From an uncultured Candidatus Saccharibacteria bacterium (GTDB lineage: Bacteria; Patescibacteriota; Minisyncoccia; Phycocordibacterales; UBA2100): 64,000 bases of DNA. The translations under genes and the position numbers were made by a program. The stretch is from NCBI GenBank assembly GCA_964362305.1, contig CAYIDY010000001.1:1526-65525 (forward strand), in the 5' to 3' direction. This document shows positions 38,854 to 47,345 of the stretch, piece by piece. Positions within the stretch are counted from its first letter, which is position 1. Every line of letters starts with the position of its first letter. Below the pieces are notes generated by a model. The model made no database searches. It was not told where the DNA came from and saw only the letters and a list, made by a program, of their open reading frames with translations.

Positions 38854-39574
38854 GAACCGTTACCATCACCTCTTTCTTTTTGCTTTGTGTATCATACGAA
38901 CCGTAGTCTGAGACATCGATGCCGCCTTGAGAGAGGACTTGGACAACGCCGCCTGAAGCTGATCGAAGTGTTCCGACTGAACGCCCTGTCTCTTTTGCGA
39001 TTGCTTCAGCGCGCGCTTGTGCGTCAGCAATAGCTGCAGTCAAAAGTTTGACGCGCATCTCCGGAAGTTTCTGGTAAGTAAGTTCAACGCCGCCGGTCGA
39101 GACGGTGTATGTGGGGCCCGTAAGCGGCTGAATGTTGTTCGCGAGGTCGGAAAGTTTGTCGATATCAGAACTTCGCACAATTATTTGTCGATTAGCAGTA
39201 TACCCTGTCATCACCGGCTCAGAATTTTGCGGGTAGTAATGCGTTGGGTTTACATTTGCGACTGGTGCCTCTACGTCGGTGAATCCCTGTTTCTCAAGCA
39301 GTGTCACTATCTTATCTTTCGCAGACTCAAGATGGTTGAGCGCGAGCTGCTGCTCGCCTATTCCTACTTTCGTCTCTAGAGAAATAGTCCATCTTCCGAA
39401 ATCAGCTGTTACGGCTTCTTTTGCCGAGCCCGTTACAGTAATGGTGTCATCAGCTGTTCGAATCTGATAAAACGTGTAGCCTGCGAGACCAACAGCAACG
39501 ATGCCTGCAACGCCTAATACAGTTGCTGCGGCGACGAGCGGTTGAGAATAGTCAGCGAGTTTGCGAATGTTCAT
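38831..39574 (-). CDS. SIMPL-domain (DUF541, BP26-like) protein
   Basis: N-terminal TM anchor and SIMPL-like core (TVTGSAKEAVTADFGRWTISLETK ... MVTVRADFSIR). Confidence 0.8.
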   Translation of the reverse strand: MNIRKLADYSQPLVAAATVLGVAGIVAVGLAGYTFYQIRTADDTITVTGSAKEAVTADFGRWTISLETKVGIGEQQLALNHLESAKDKIVTLLEKQGFTDVEAPVANVNPTHYYPQNSEPVMTGYTANRQIIVRSSDIDKLSDLANNIQPLTGPTYTVSTGGVELTYQKLPEMRVKLLTAAIADAQARAEAIAKETGRSVGTLRSASGGVVQVLSQGGIDVSDYGSYDTQSKKKEVMVTVRADFSIR

Positions 39575-39590
39575 AAAAATTAATCAACTT

Positions 39591-39968
39591 TTAATTATGT
39601 CCGTTAAACCAAGAATGTGCCCAATCATGCATCATGTTAACTTCTCTCGTTTGCGCCGCGATAATATCTTCTGCCAGTTTTTTCAATTCAGGTCGCGATG
39701 TGTTTGCAAGAAGTGACTGGGCCATTTCTATTGCGCCCAAATGGTGGATGGTCATCTCTTCGAGAAACGCTTGCTCAAATGCCTCGCCGGTCTTCCCTTC
39801 AAGTCCTGAGGTCATATCATGCATTACATTCTCAATTTGAGAATCATGAGAGACGGGTTCTGGGACCTCTTTTTTAATGGTTTGCATCGCTAAAAGATAG
39901 CCAGCGATTATACCCAAAACGAGCATGCCAATCGGCACGAGTGTGTCCTTATACATACCGTGTAGCAT
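39591..39968 (-). CDS. DUF305 family protein
   Basis: Four-helix DUF305 signature (FEQAFLEEMTIHHLGAIEMAQ). Confidence 0.7.
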   Translation of the reverse strand: MLHGMYKDTLVPIGMLVLGIIAGYLLAMQTIKKEVPEPVSHDSQIENVMHDMTSGLEGKTGEAFEQAFLEEMTIHHLGAIEMAQSLLANTSRPELKKLAEDIIAAQTREVNMMHDWAHSWFNGHN

Positions 39969-41787
39969 AAATGAAATAAATAGAGTGTACAGCGTGTATT
40001 ATAGAGCAATGCCAAGTACATCTATTGTTCAGGCCGTAACCTCTGCGCCTCTGAAGCTTCTCGCTTTTATGAGGGCCCGCCCTCTAGTCGCTGGAGTCAT
40101 TGCAATCGCTCTCGCTGGGAGTGGATACTATATTTACAATTCTTATACATCAACCGACGGAGAAACAAGATATGTCTTTGGTGAAGTAGAGCGCGGTACA
40201 CTACGAATCACGGTGTCAGGTTCCGGCCAAGTTTCCGCAGAGAGTCAACTTGAACTGACCGCAAAAGCATCCGGCGACATCACTTCGATATCGGTAAAGA
40301 ATGGCGATGCGGTTAAACGCGGGGCGCTTATTGCATCCATAGATTCGCGTGATGCTCAAAAAGCAGTACGAGATGCACAGGTCAACCTCGAAAGTGCACA
40401 GCTTGCTCTCCAAAAACTAGAACAACCGGCGACGACGCTTACTCTTACGCAAGCAAGAAACGCTCTGACTGACGCCGAGAATTCGCTCGAGAGCAATTAT
40501 GACGACGGGTTCAATGAGGTCTCGGACACATTTCTTGCACTACCTGCCGTTATGTCAGGTGTTGATGCCATCTTGTATGACAACACCGTGAATGCTTCTC
40601 AGGATAATGTGTTCGCCTACGCTGACATGATAGATGACGTCGAGCCTCGCGTGAATATGTTTCGCGATGATGCAGCTAGAAAATATATAGATGCGCGTGC
40701 AGAGTACGACGCACTTCTCGTTACTTACAAAGCGACATCACGCTTTTCTGATAAGGCCGCGTTAGAAAAGCTTATTCTTGAGACGTACGACATGACAAAA
40801 ACCGTCGCCGAAGCAACGAAGAGCCTTTCGGATTTTCTCAATCTCGTGAATGACAGTCTTGTCTTGCGCGACCGCACCATTCCGACGATTCTTACGACGC
40901 ATCGCGATTCCCTTTCTGGGTACATTACAACCGGAAACACCCAGCTCGTTGCTCTTCTTTCTATTAAGGATGGCATCATTTCTGCTAAGCAATCAATTGA
41001 AGAGAAGACCGAAGCGTTGCGTGATTTGGAAGACGGTACCGACAAGATTGATTTAGATTCGCAAAAGCTGGTTGTGAAGCAACGCGAAAATGCACTACGT
41101 GACGCTCAGGAAGATTTAGCTGATTATTCGCTTCGCGCGCCGTTTGATGGAACCGTGGCAAAGCTGAATGTTAAGCGCGCAGACCGTGTTTCTAGCGGCA
41201 CGTCGGTTGCCACTTTCATCACAGCAAACGCTGTTGCCGAAATTTCGTTGAACGAAATCGACGCAGCAAATGTAGCTGTTGGTCAAAAGGCAGAGCTCAC
41301 GTTTGATGCTGTTGAAGGATTAACTATTGAAGGCATGGTTGTCGAGATTGATACAGTGGGGACTGTGCAATCAGGCGTTGTTACCTACACAGTAACGATT
41401 GGTTTTGAGACCGACCCGCGTGTAAAGCCCGGCATGACAGTCAACGCAGAAATCATCACAAAGACGCTCGCTGATATCATTCTCTTGCCATCAGCAGCCG
41501 TCAAAACCGAAGGCGATGAATCGTATGTAGAAACCATTCCAGGCGCGAAACTAGAGCGCGAATCTGTTACTTCTCCACTCTCCCCAGTACAAATTCCCGT
41601 CGTCATTGGAACCTCAAATGATACGCGTGTAGAAGTTCTTTCGGGACTGAATGAGGGCGACGTAATTATCGTGAGGACAATAACAGGAGAAGCTGCTCAA
41701 CAAGCACCCAATATCTTCCAGGCGACAGGTGCTCGACCGCCGGGCGGCGGAGGTGCGAGCGGCGGTACGCGTACGCAGGTGAGATAG
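39925..41787 (+). CDS. HlyD-family periplasmic adaptor, unusually long (about 600 aa)
   Basis: N-terminal TM (LVAGVIAIALAGSGYYIY), an extended coiled-coil, a beta-barrel region, and a C-terminal Gly-rich tail. The probable true start is ATG 39999, since the track start overlaps the DUF305 gene. Confidence 0.75.
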   Translation: MPIGTSVSLYIPCSINEINRVYSVYYRAMPSTSIVQAVTSAPLKLLAFMRARPLVAGVIAIALAGSGYYIYNSYTSTDGETRYVFGEVERGTLRITVSGSGQVSAESQLELTAKASGDITSISVKNGDAVKRGALIASIDSRDAQKAVRDAQVNLESAQLALQKLEQPATTLTLTQARNALTDAENSLESNYDDGFNEVSDTFLALPAVMSGVDAILYDNTVNASQDNVFAYADMIDDVEPRVNMFRDDAARKYIDARAEYDALLVTYKATSRFSDKAALEKLILETYDMTKTVAEATKSLSDFLNLVNDSLVLRDRTIPTILTTHRDSLSGYITTGNTQLVALLSIKDGIISAKQSIEEKTEALRDLEDGTDKIDLDSQKLVVKQRENALRDAQEDLADYSLRAPFDGTVAKLNVKRADRVSSGTSVATFITANAVAEISLNEIDAANVAVGQKAELTFDAVEGLTIEGMVVEIDTVGTVQSGVVTYTVTIGFETDPRVKPGMTVNAEIITKTLADIILLPSAAVKTEGDESYVETIPGAKLERESVTSPLSPVQIPVVIGTSNDTRVEVLSGLNEGDVIIVRTITGEAAQQAPNIFQATGARPPGGGGASGGTRTQVR

Positions 41788-41794
41788 ACTGCGT

Positions 41795-42493
41795 ATGATT
41801 GAAATTAAAGACGTCACAAAAACATACAAAACAGGCGACATCGAATTCACAGCACTTCACGGCGTGTCATTCACGATACATGCTGGTGAGTTTGTGGCTA
41901 TCATGGGCCCGTCTGGTTCTGGTAAATCGACGCTAATGCACATTTTAGGATGCCTCGACACGCCCACAACGGGTTCGTATTTCCTTAACGGAAAAGACGT
42001 ATCCAGACTGAAGGACGACGAACTTGCTGATATTCGCAGCCACAACATTGGGTTTGTTTTTCAATCATTCAACCTTCTTCCTCGCACAACGGTGATAAAA
42101 AATACAATGCTCCCTCTCGTGTATGCCGGAGTCGAAGAGCGCGAACGGGTCACACGTGCGGAACAAGCACTCACTTCTGCCGGACTTGATCAGACACACT
42201 TCTTTCATAAATCAAATCAGCTTTCAGGCGGGCAAATTCAACGCGTCGCGATTGCACGTGCACTCGTGAACGACCCTGCAATGATTCTTGCTGACGAGCC
42301 GACAGGTAACCTCGACACAAAAACCGGAGAGATTGTGCTCGGCACGTTTGAGCGACTGAATCGTGAACATGGCCGAACCGTGGTTCTCATTACTCACGAA
42401 CAAGATGTGGCAAGACATGCAGAGAGAATCATCTTCATTCGTGACGGTGTTATAGAAAAAGACAACGGCACACACGCACGGCATAAAAAATAG
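41795..42493 (+). CDS. ABC transporter ATP-binding protein (MacB-type)
   Basis: Walker [10 protein letters not shown], signature LSGGQIQR, Walker B ILADEPT. Confidence 0.9.
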   Translation: MIEIKDVTKTYKTGDIEFTALHGVSFTIHAGEFVAIMGPSGSGKSTLMHILGCLDTPTTGSYFLNGKDVSRLKDDELADIRSHNIGFVFQSFNLLPRTTVIKNTMLPLVYAGVEERERVTRAEQALTSAGLDQTHFFHKSNQLSGGQIQRVAIARALVNDPAMILADEPTGNLDTKTGEIVLGTFERLNREHGRTVVLITHEQDVARHAERIIFIRDGVIEKDNGTHARHKK

Positions 42494-42494
42494 T

Positions 42495-43706
42495 ATGACA
42501 CTACGAGATCTAGCGCATGAGACGTTCGAATCACTCTCTTCAAACAAAGTGAGGAGTGGTCTTACTATGCTCGGTATCGTGATTGGCATTATGTCGGTCG
42601 TCGCGATGATATCTATCGGGCAGGGTGCAAAAGATTCTATTCAGGGTTCCATCGAGGGACTAGGTTCGAATCTTCTCACTGTGCTGCCGGGCGTGGTACA
42701 ACCGGGGCGAGGCATTGTTTCTGCCGGGAGAGGTACCGCAGAGGTGTTGGACGAAGACGATGTAGAAGCAATCCGCGAAATCGAGGGCGTCACCTTTGTA
42801 TCACCTGAAGTTGCGCGCCGATTTCAAATAGTCTCCCCTACCGGTAACAATACCAACACGACTGTAAACGGTGTGATGCCAGAGTATCTTCAAGTACGAA
42901 ATTTAGCTCTTGCCAATGGAAATTTTATCTCAGCTGCACACGTCCGCAGTCTTGGTCGACAAACAGTGTTAGGAGCGACTGTCGCCAAAGACCTATTTGG
43001 TGTACAAGACCCAATTGGCCAAAAAATTCGTATCGACGGCTCAAATTATACGGTTATTGGGGTTTTGAAATCGAAAGGCGGCATCGGATTTTCTGGACCG
43101 GATGATGCTGTCATAATTCCCGTGACTACGATGCAGAAAGTACTCGCTGGCACAGACTTTTTTTCGCAGATTGCGGTAAACGTCTCTGACAAGAACCTCA
43201 TGAGCGCCGTACAAGCTGAATTGACGGCCACGCTGTTACGCTCTCACAATATCGACGAGCCGGATTTTTCGGTTATCTCACAGGAAGATATTTTAGGCAC
43301 ACTTACTTCGGTTATTGATACCTTTACACTGTTCCTCGCCGCAATCGCTTCAATTTCTCTTTTGGTTGGCGGAATCGGCATTATGAACATGATGCTCACC
43401 ACTGTCACAGAGCGCACGAAAGAAATTGGACTCCGAAAAGCCATAGGCGCAAAAAGTCGCGATATTACGGAGCAATTTTTGGCCGAGGCTGTCACTCTTA
43501 CGTTCGTCGGTGGGGCGATTGGTGTATTTCTTGGGTGGCTCCTCTGCTTCATCATTACGCAAACAGGCCTCATTCAAACGAGCGTGTCTTTGATGTCGGT
43601 TCTTCTCGGCTTTGGCGTATCCGCGCTCATCGGTATTGTGTTTGGATACTACCCGGCTCGTCGTGCTTCACGCCTGAACCCCATCGACGCCTTGCGATAC
43701 GAGTGA
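42495..43706 (+). CDS. ABC transporter permease, MacB/FtsX-like
   Basis: N-terminal TM, a periplasmic MacB domain, and a C-terminal FtsX bundle ending ...YYPARRASRLNPIDALRYE. Confidence 0.85.
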   Translation: MTLRDLAHETFESLSSNKVRSGLTMLGIVIGIMSVVAMISIGQGAKDSIQGSIEGLGSNLLTVLPGVVQPGRGIVSAGRGTAEVLDEDDVEAIREIEGVTFVSPEVARRFQIVSPTGNNTNTTVNGVMPEYLQVRNLALANGNFISAAHVRSLGRQTVLGATVAKDLFGVQDPIGQKIRIDGSNYTVIGVLKSKGGIGFSGPDDAVIIPVTTMQKVLAGTDFFSQIAVNVSDKNLMSAVQAELTATLLRSHNIDEPDFSVISQEDILGTLTSVIDTFTLFLAAIASISLLVGGIGIMNMMLTTVTERTKEIGLRKAIGAKSRDITEQFLAEAVTLTFVGGAIGVFLGWLLCFIITQTGLIQTSVSLMSVLLGFGVSALIGIVFGYYPARRASRLNPIDALRYE

Positions 43707-43709
43707 TTA

Positions 43710-44129
43710 TTACGCGTCCCAATAGTTGCGCCCCGTTTTGTAGGCTTCGATATACGTTGGGAGCGTCGCAAATACAGGCGAAGGCAGATTATCCATATCG
43801 CACCAACTCCATCCGTCAATTTTTTCAGGTTCAAGTATTTGCGGCTCCCCACTCTTCCAATCGGCAACCATACCAATGTCGACGTAGTGTTTTGGGGCAT
43901 ATGCCTTCAGATTCAACAATCTCAGAAATCGAACATTCTCAATTTCGATACCAGTTTCTTCGCGCACTTCCCTTCTCGCACACTCTTCAAACGATTCCAT
44001 GTATTCCATATGTCCACCCGGCCATGCGTATTCACCCGCCCCGTGCGACGCTTTTCTTTTTCCTAATAAGACCTTTCCGTTTTTAATAACCATTACTCCG
44101 ATGCCAACGCGAGGACGCTCCTCGCTCAT
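43710..44129 (-). CDS. NUDIX hydrolase
   Basis: Nudix box GGHMEYMESFEECARREVREETGIEI. Confidence 0.8.
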   Translation of the reverse strand: MSEERPRVGIGVMVIKNGKVLLGKRKASHGAGEYAWPGGHMEYMESFEECARREVREETGIEIENVRFLRLLNLKAYAPKHYVDIGMVADWKSGEPQILEPEKIDGWSWCDMDNLPSPVFATLPTYIEAYKTGRNYWDA

Positions 44130-45016
44130 ACGGAATCCTGCTTGGAACCAATACGGTACATTGCAAAAAGTAGAACGGCCGCGGCTAGGTATTGGCTTAT
44201 ATGTAAGACAACTCCATAAAGGAAGTAGTCAATAACTACCGCCGTCATAGGAAATGCAAGTTCGACTATTGCAGCGATGCGCACAGGCGTAGTGCGAAGA
44301 CCTTTGTAATATATCCAAAGTGCCGCCATGCCAGTAGAAAATGCAATGAGCGCAAGGTATCCGAATTGAGAAAGTGTCACTGCCCCCACGGAGTCACTGG
44401 CACCGAGTGCGAATACAAACAAGAGCGCAATTGGCACGGTCAAGAGAAAGCGCATTCCTGTAATAAATGTGTTCGAGTGATTGAGAAGTGTGAGGCGCGA
44501 AAGCGCAGTTGAGGAACCCCAGGCAATGGCTGCGAGAAGCGCAAACATAGCGGCTGTCACGTGTGCACCACCTTCTGCAAAATTCACTACGCCCATGGGG
44601 AACGTCACGAAATACCCGGCAACAAGCGCTAGCACGGCCCACGCCCAATACTGTTTTGTCGGTGTTTCTTTAAGAACCAGCCACGCCATTGTGATAGCAA
44701 ATATTGGCTGCAACTTTTGAATGAGAAAGACAACAGAAAATGGAATGAAATTTACTTTGAGAAGAGCAGTGGTGAAGAAAAGTGTTCCCAATACTCCGGA
44801 AAGAAGCGCGACTACCCCGAGCGCGTACCACTCTTTCTTTTCCAATCGTTCACTCTTCCATGCTTTCCACAAAAAAGGCGCAAGAATAACGAGGCCAATC
44901 AGGTGTTCAAAAAAGACGATAGAAATCGGAGGAAGCCCATAGAGACTACGACGCAAAATTCCGTCGAGCCCCCACAAAATTGCCGCTATGAATATGAGAA
45001 TTGGTCCGTATGTCAT
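44126..45016 (-). CDS. EamA/DMT-family transporter
   Basis: 10-TM protein with two EamA-like halves. Confidence 0.8.
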   Translation of the reverse strand: MTYGPILIFIAAILWGLDGILRRSLYGLPPISIVFFEHLIGLVILAPFLWKAWKSERLEKKEWYALGVVALLSGVLGTLFFTTALLKVNFIPFSVVFLIQKLQPIFAITMAWLVLKETPTKQYWAWAVLALVAGYFVTFPMGVVNFAEGGAHVTAAMFALLAAIAWGSSTALSRLTLLNHSNTFITGMRFLLTVPIALLFVFALGASDSVGAVTLSQFGYLALIAFSTGMAALWIYYKGLRTTPVRIAAIVELAFPMTAVVIDYFLYGVVLHISQYLAAAVLLFAMYRIGSKQDSV

Positions 45017-45017
45017 G

Positions 45018-45269
45018 TTAAAAACCCGTTTTTGGGGAGTCAGCCCAATATTTCTTTAACAGCGCAATACGTTTCGGTGTGTCATCTGCACTATCCTCGA
45101 GCGCTTTCACTTCAGACTGAGTTATAACTCGACTGCCCAGCACACCGTCATGGGTAATCTCGATCTTGTAACAATTCTCCCCGCCAATCTGATGACTTAA
45201 CGGAGTGAAGTCGAGAAAATACTTTATTTCTTTCTGCTCTTCCGGTTGTTCAGATTGAAATTCTTTCAT
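45018..45269 (-). CDS. small hypothetical protein in the lysS operon
   Basis: 83 aa. Overlaps the lysS stop by 4 nt and lies 1 nt from the EamA start, suggesting a translationally coupled operon. Confidence 0.45.
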   Translation of the reverse strand: MKEFQSEQPEEQKEIKYFLDFTPLSHQIGGENCYKIEITHDGVLGSRVITQSEVKALEDSADDTPKRIALLKKYWADSPKTGF

Positions 45270-46732
45270 AGATTCTCTTTTTTAGGTCTTAGTAATGGAA
45301 AAAGCTGCGCTTCGTGAGCGGGGCGGTTTTCAAGAAAGGCAAAGAGTCTCTCTGAAAGACCGAAACCAAAGGCGGGAGGCATGCCGTATTCCATCGCTTT
45401 TACATAGTCTTCGTCAAGACGCTGTGCTTCGTCGTCACCCGCGTCACGCATCATTTGCTGCTCTTCAAATCGTGCGCGCTGGTCCAGGGGGTCGTTTAGT
45501 TCACTAAATCCTTTGCTCATTTCGGAGCCGGCAAGTAGCACCTGCATACGTTCTACAATTTCCGGATTCGACGAGCGTTTTGCCAAAGGCTCCAAATATG
45601 CAGGTTGATTCACTAAAAATGCAGGGCCCTGGATTGACTTGCGTACGGATTTCCATAGGTGATCAATGGCTCGCGCTTTGTTCAATTCTTCCCCAACATT
45701 GATTTGCGCATCGCGGACGGCTTGTATTGCCTCGTCTTCCGAGCAGGAAATAGGGTCGACGCCGAAACGCTTTTGAATTTCTCCACAATAATCAATAGTT
45801 CCCCATTCATCGGCCAAATCGACGGTAAAATCTCCTATTTCAAACGTATATTTTCCGTACACCTCTTTCGCGATGTGGCGATAGAGGTCTTTGGTGAATT
45901 CCATTCCTTTTTCCATATCACTAAACGCCTCATACGTTTCAAGCTGTGTGTAGTCTTGCAAATGTTCGCGTGACTGTCCTTCGTTTCTAAAAATGCGCCC
46001 GATTTCGAACACCTTTGGAAACCCTGCAATGAGCAAGCGTTTCTGCCACAATTCGCCTGCTGAAATACGAAGATACACATCGATGTCGAGTGCGTTGTGG
46101 TGTGTAATAAACGGCCGCGCATCTGCTCCACCAGGAGATGATTCCAGAACGGGCGTTTCTACTTCAAGAAAATTGCGCGCGAGCAAGAATTCACGAATCG
46201 CCTGCCAGAATTTCGAGCGACGCTCAAACATAGCGCGCGTCTCAGGGTTCAAAAGAATATCAAGGTATCGCTGTCGGAGCGTAGTCTCTTCATCTTTAAT
46301 ACCAAACCATTCGCTTGGAATTGGCGAGAGTGACTTCGCGAGCATCTTCCAGCTCCCTACGTGCATCGACAAAACGCCGCGCTTGGTGCGATATGCCGTT
46401 CCCGATACTTCTACAAAGTCGCCAATGTCGACAGCTTTTTCGAATAGCTGAAACATCTGCTCGTCTGCGCCTTCTTTTTGATAGACCAATTGCATCTTGG
46501 TAGTCCCATCAAATACATCGGCAAACACAATGCCGCCCTGGCCACGAAGCGACATCACGCGACCCGCGATTATTTTTGTTCCCCCACTCTTTTCCAATTC
46601 TTCAAACTGCCCAAGAAATTCAGAAACTGATGTGTCACGTGCAGTGTGCGAGGGGTACGCTTCCATTCCCGCATCCTTCAGGAGCTCTAGCTTCTTTATT
46701 CGCTCGTTGCGAATTTCATCTCCGCTCGACAT
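45266..46732 (-). CDS. lysS: lysine--tRNA ligase (class II)
   Basis: N-terminal OB anticodon-binding domain, class II motifs 1-3 (FLEVETPVL, FEIGRIFRNEG, GFGLSERL). Confidence 0.95.
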   Translation of the reverse strand: MSSGDEIRNERIKKLELLKDAGMEAYPSHTARDTSVSEFLGQFEELEKSGGTKIIAGRVMSLRGQGGIVFADVFDGTTKMQLVYQKEGADEQMFQLFEKAVDIGDFVEVSGTAYRTKRGVLSMHVGSWKMLAKSLSPIPSEWFGIKDEETTLRQRYLDILLNPETRAMFERRSKFWQAIREFLLARNFLEVETPVLESSPGGADARPFITHHNALDIDVYLRISAGELWQKRLLIAGFPKVFEIGRIFRNEGQSREHLQDYTQLETYEAFSDMEKGMEFTKDLYRHIAKEVYGKYTFEIGDFTVDLADEWGTIDYCGEIQKRFGVDPISCSEDEAIQAVRDAQINVGEELNKARAIDHLWKSVRKSIQGPAFLVNQPAYLEPLAKRSSNPEIVERMQVLLAGSEMSKGFSELNDPLDQRARFEEQQMMRDAGDDEAQRLDEDYVKAMEYGMPPAFGFGLSERLFAFLENRPAHEAQLFPLLRPKKENL

Positions 46733-46759
46733 GCTGAATACTATAGCACCCCTCTACAC

Positions 46760-47278
46760 TTACCAGAACTTAAAGATGCTAAAGATGTTTTTAATCGCCA
46801 AGGTGATGCGCGCTCCGAGTGAGACAAAGACATTACTGCTCTCTTCCTCGCCCCCGACACGCGCAACAGTTTCCGCAGTGACTGTTGCAGCTGACGTCGC
46901 AGCCAACTCTTCATTGTTTACTTTGACAGAAGTTTCGGCTTTCTTACCTGAAACGGCTTTCGAGTTGACCTCAACAGACACTGGTTCACCAGCCTTCAGT
47001 TTTTTTTCTATTGTTTGCGTTTTCGTTTCTCCGTTTACTGTTGTTGACGTCTCAATATGTACGTCGGTGCCTTCTCCGTGGGAGGATACTTCGCTTTTTG
47101 ATGAAGCACTCGCGTCGCCGGTAATGATGGCGTGTCCATGATCCACCGAATTCCCTCCGGATGAGGCTGATGAATGAGTGTCGCTCTGTATTGAGCCACT
47201 GTTCGAGATAACTATTTCTGCAGACGAGAGTGCAGGAAGAGCAAGTGTGATTCCAAGTACAAGTGCGAAATATTTCAT
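46760..47278 (-). CDS. small secreted Ser/Gly/Thr-rich protein, paralog-family member
   Basis: Signal peptide MKYFALVLGITLALPALSSA, then IVISNSGSIQSDTHSSASSGGNS...ITGDASASSKSEV, which resembles the module in 50279..51313. Confidence 0.6.
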   Translation of the reverse strand: MKYFALVLGITLALPALSSAEIVISNSGSIQSDTHSSASSGGNSVDHGHAIITGDASASSKSEVSSHGEGTDVHIETSTTVNGETKTQTIEKKLKAGEPVSVEVNSKAVSGKKAETSVKVNNEELAATSAATVTAETVARVGGEEESSNVFVSLGARITLAIKNIFSIFKFW

Positions 47279-47345
47279 ATTAGACTTTGGCGACCGCGCG
47301 CTTTTAAGTGCGCGGTCGCCCTTTGAAACTACTTTACTCTAGATC

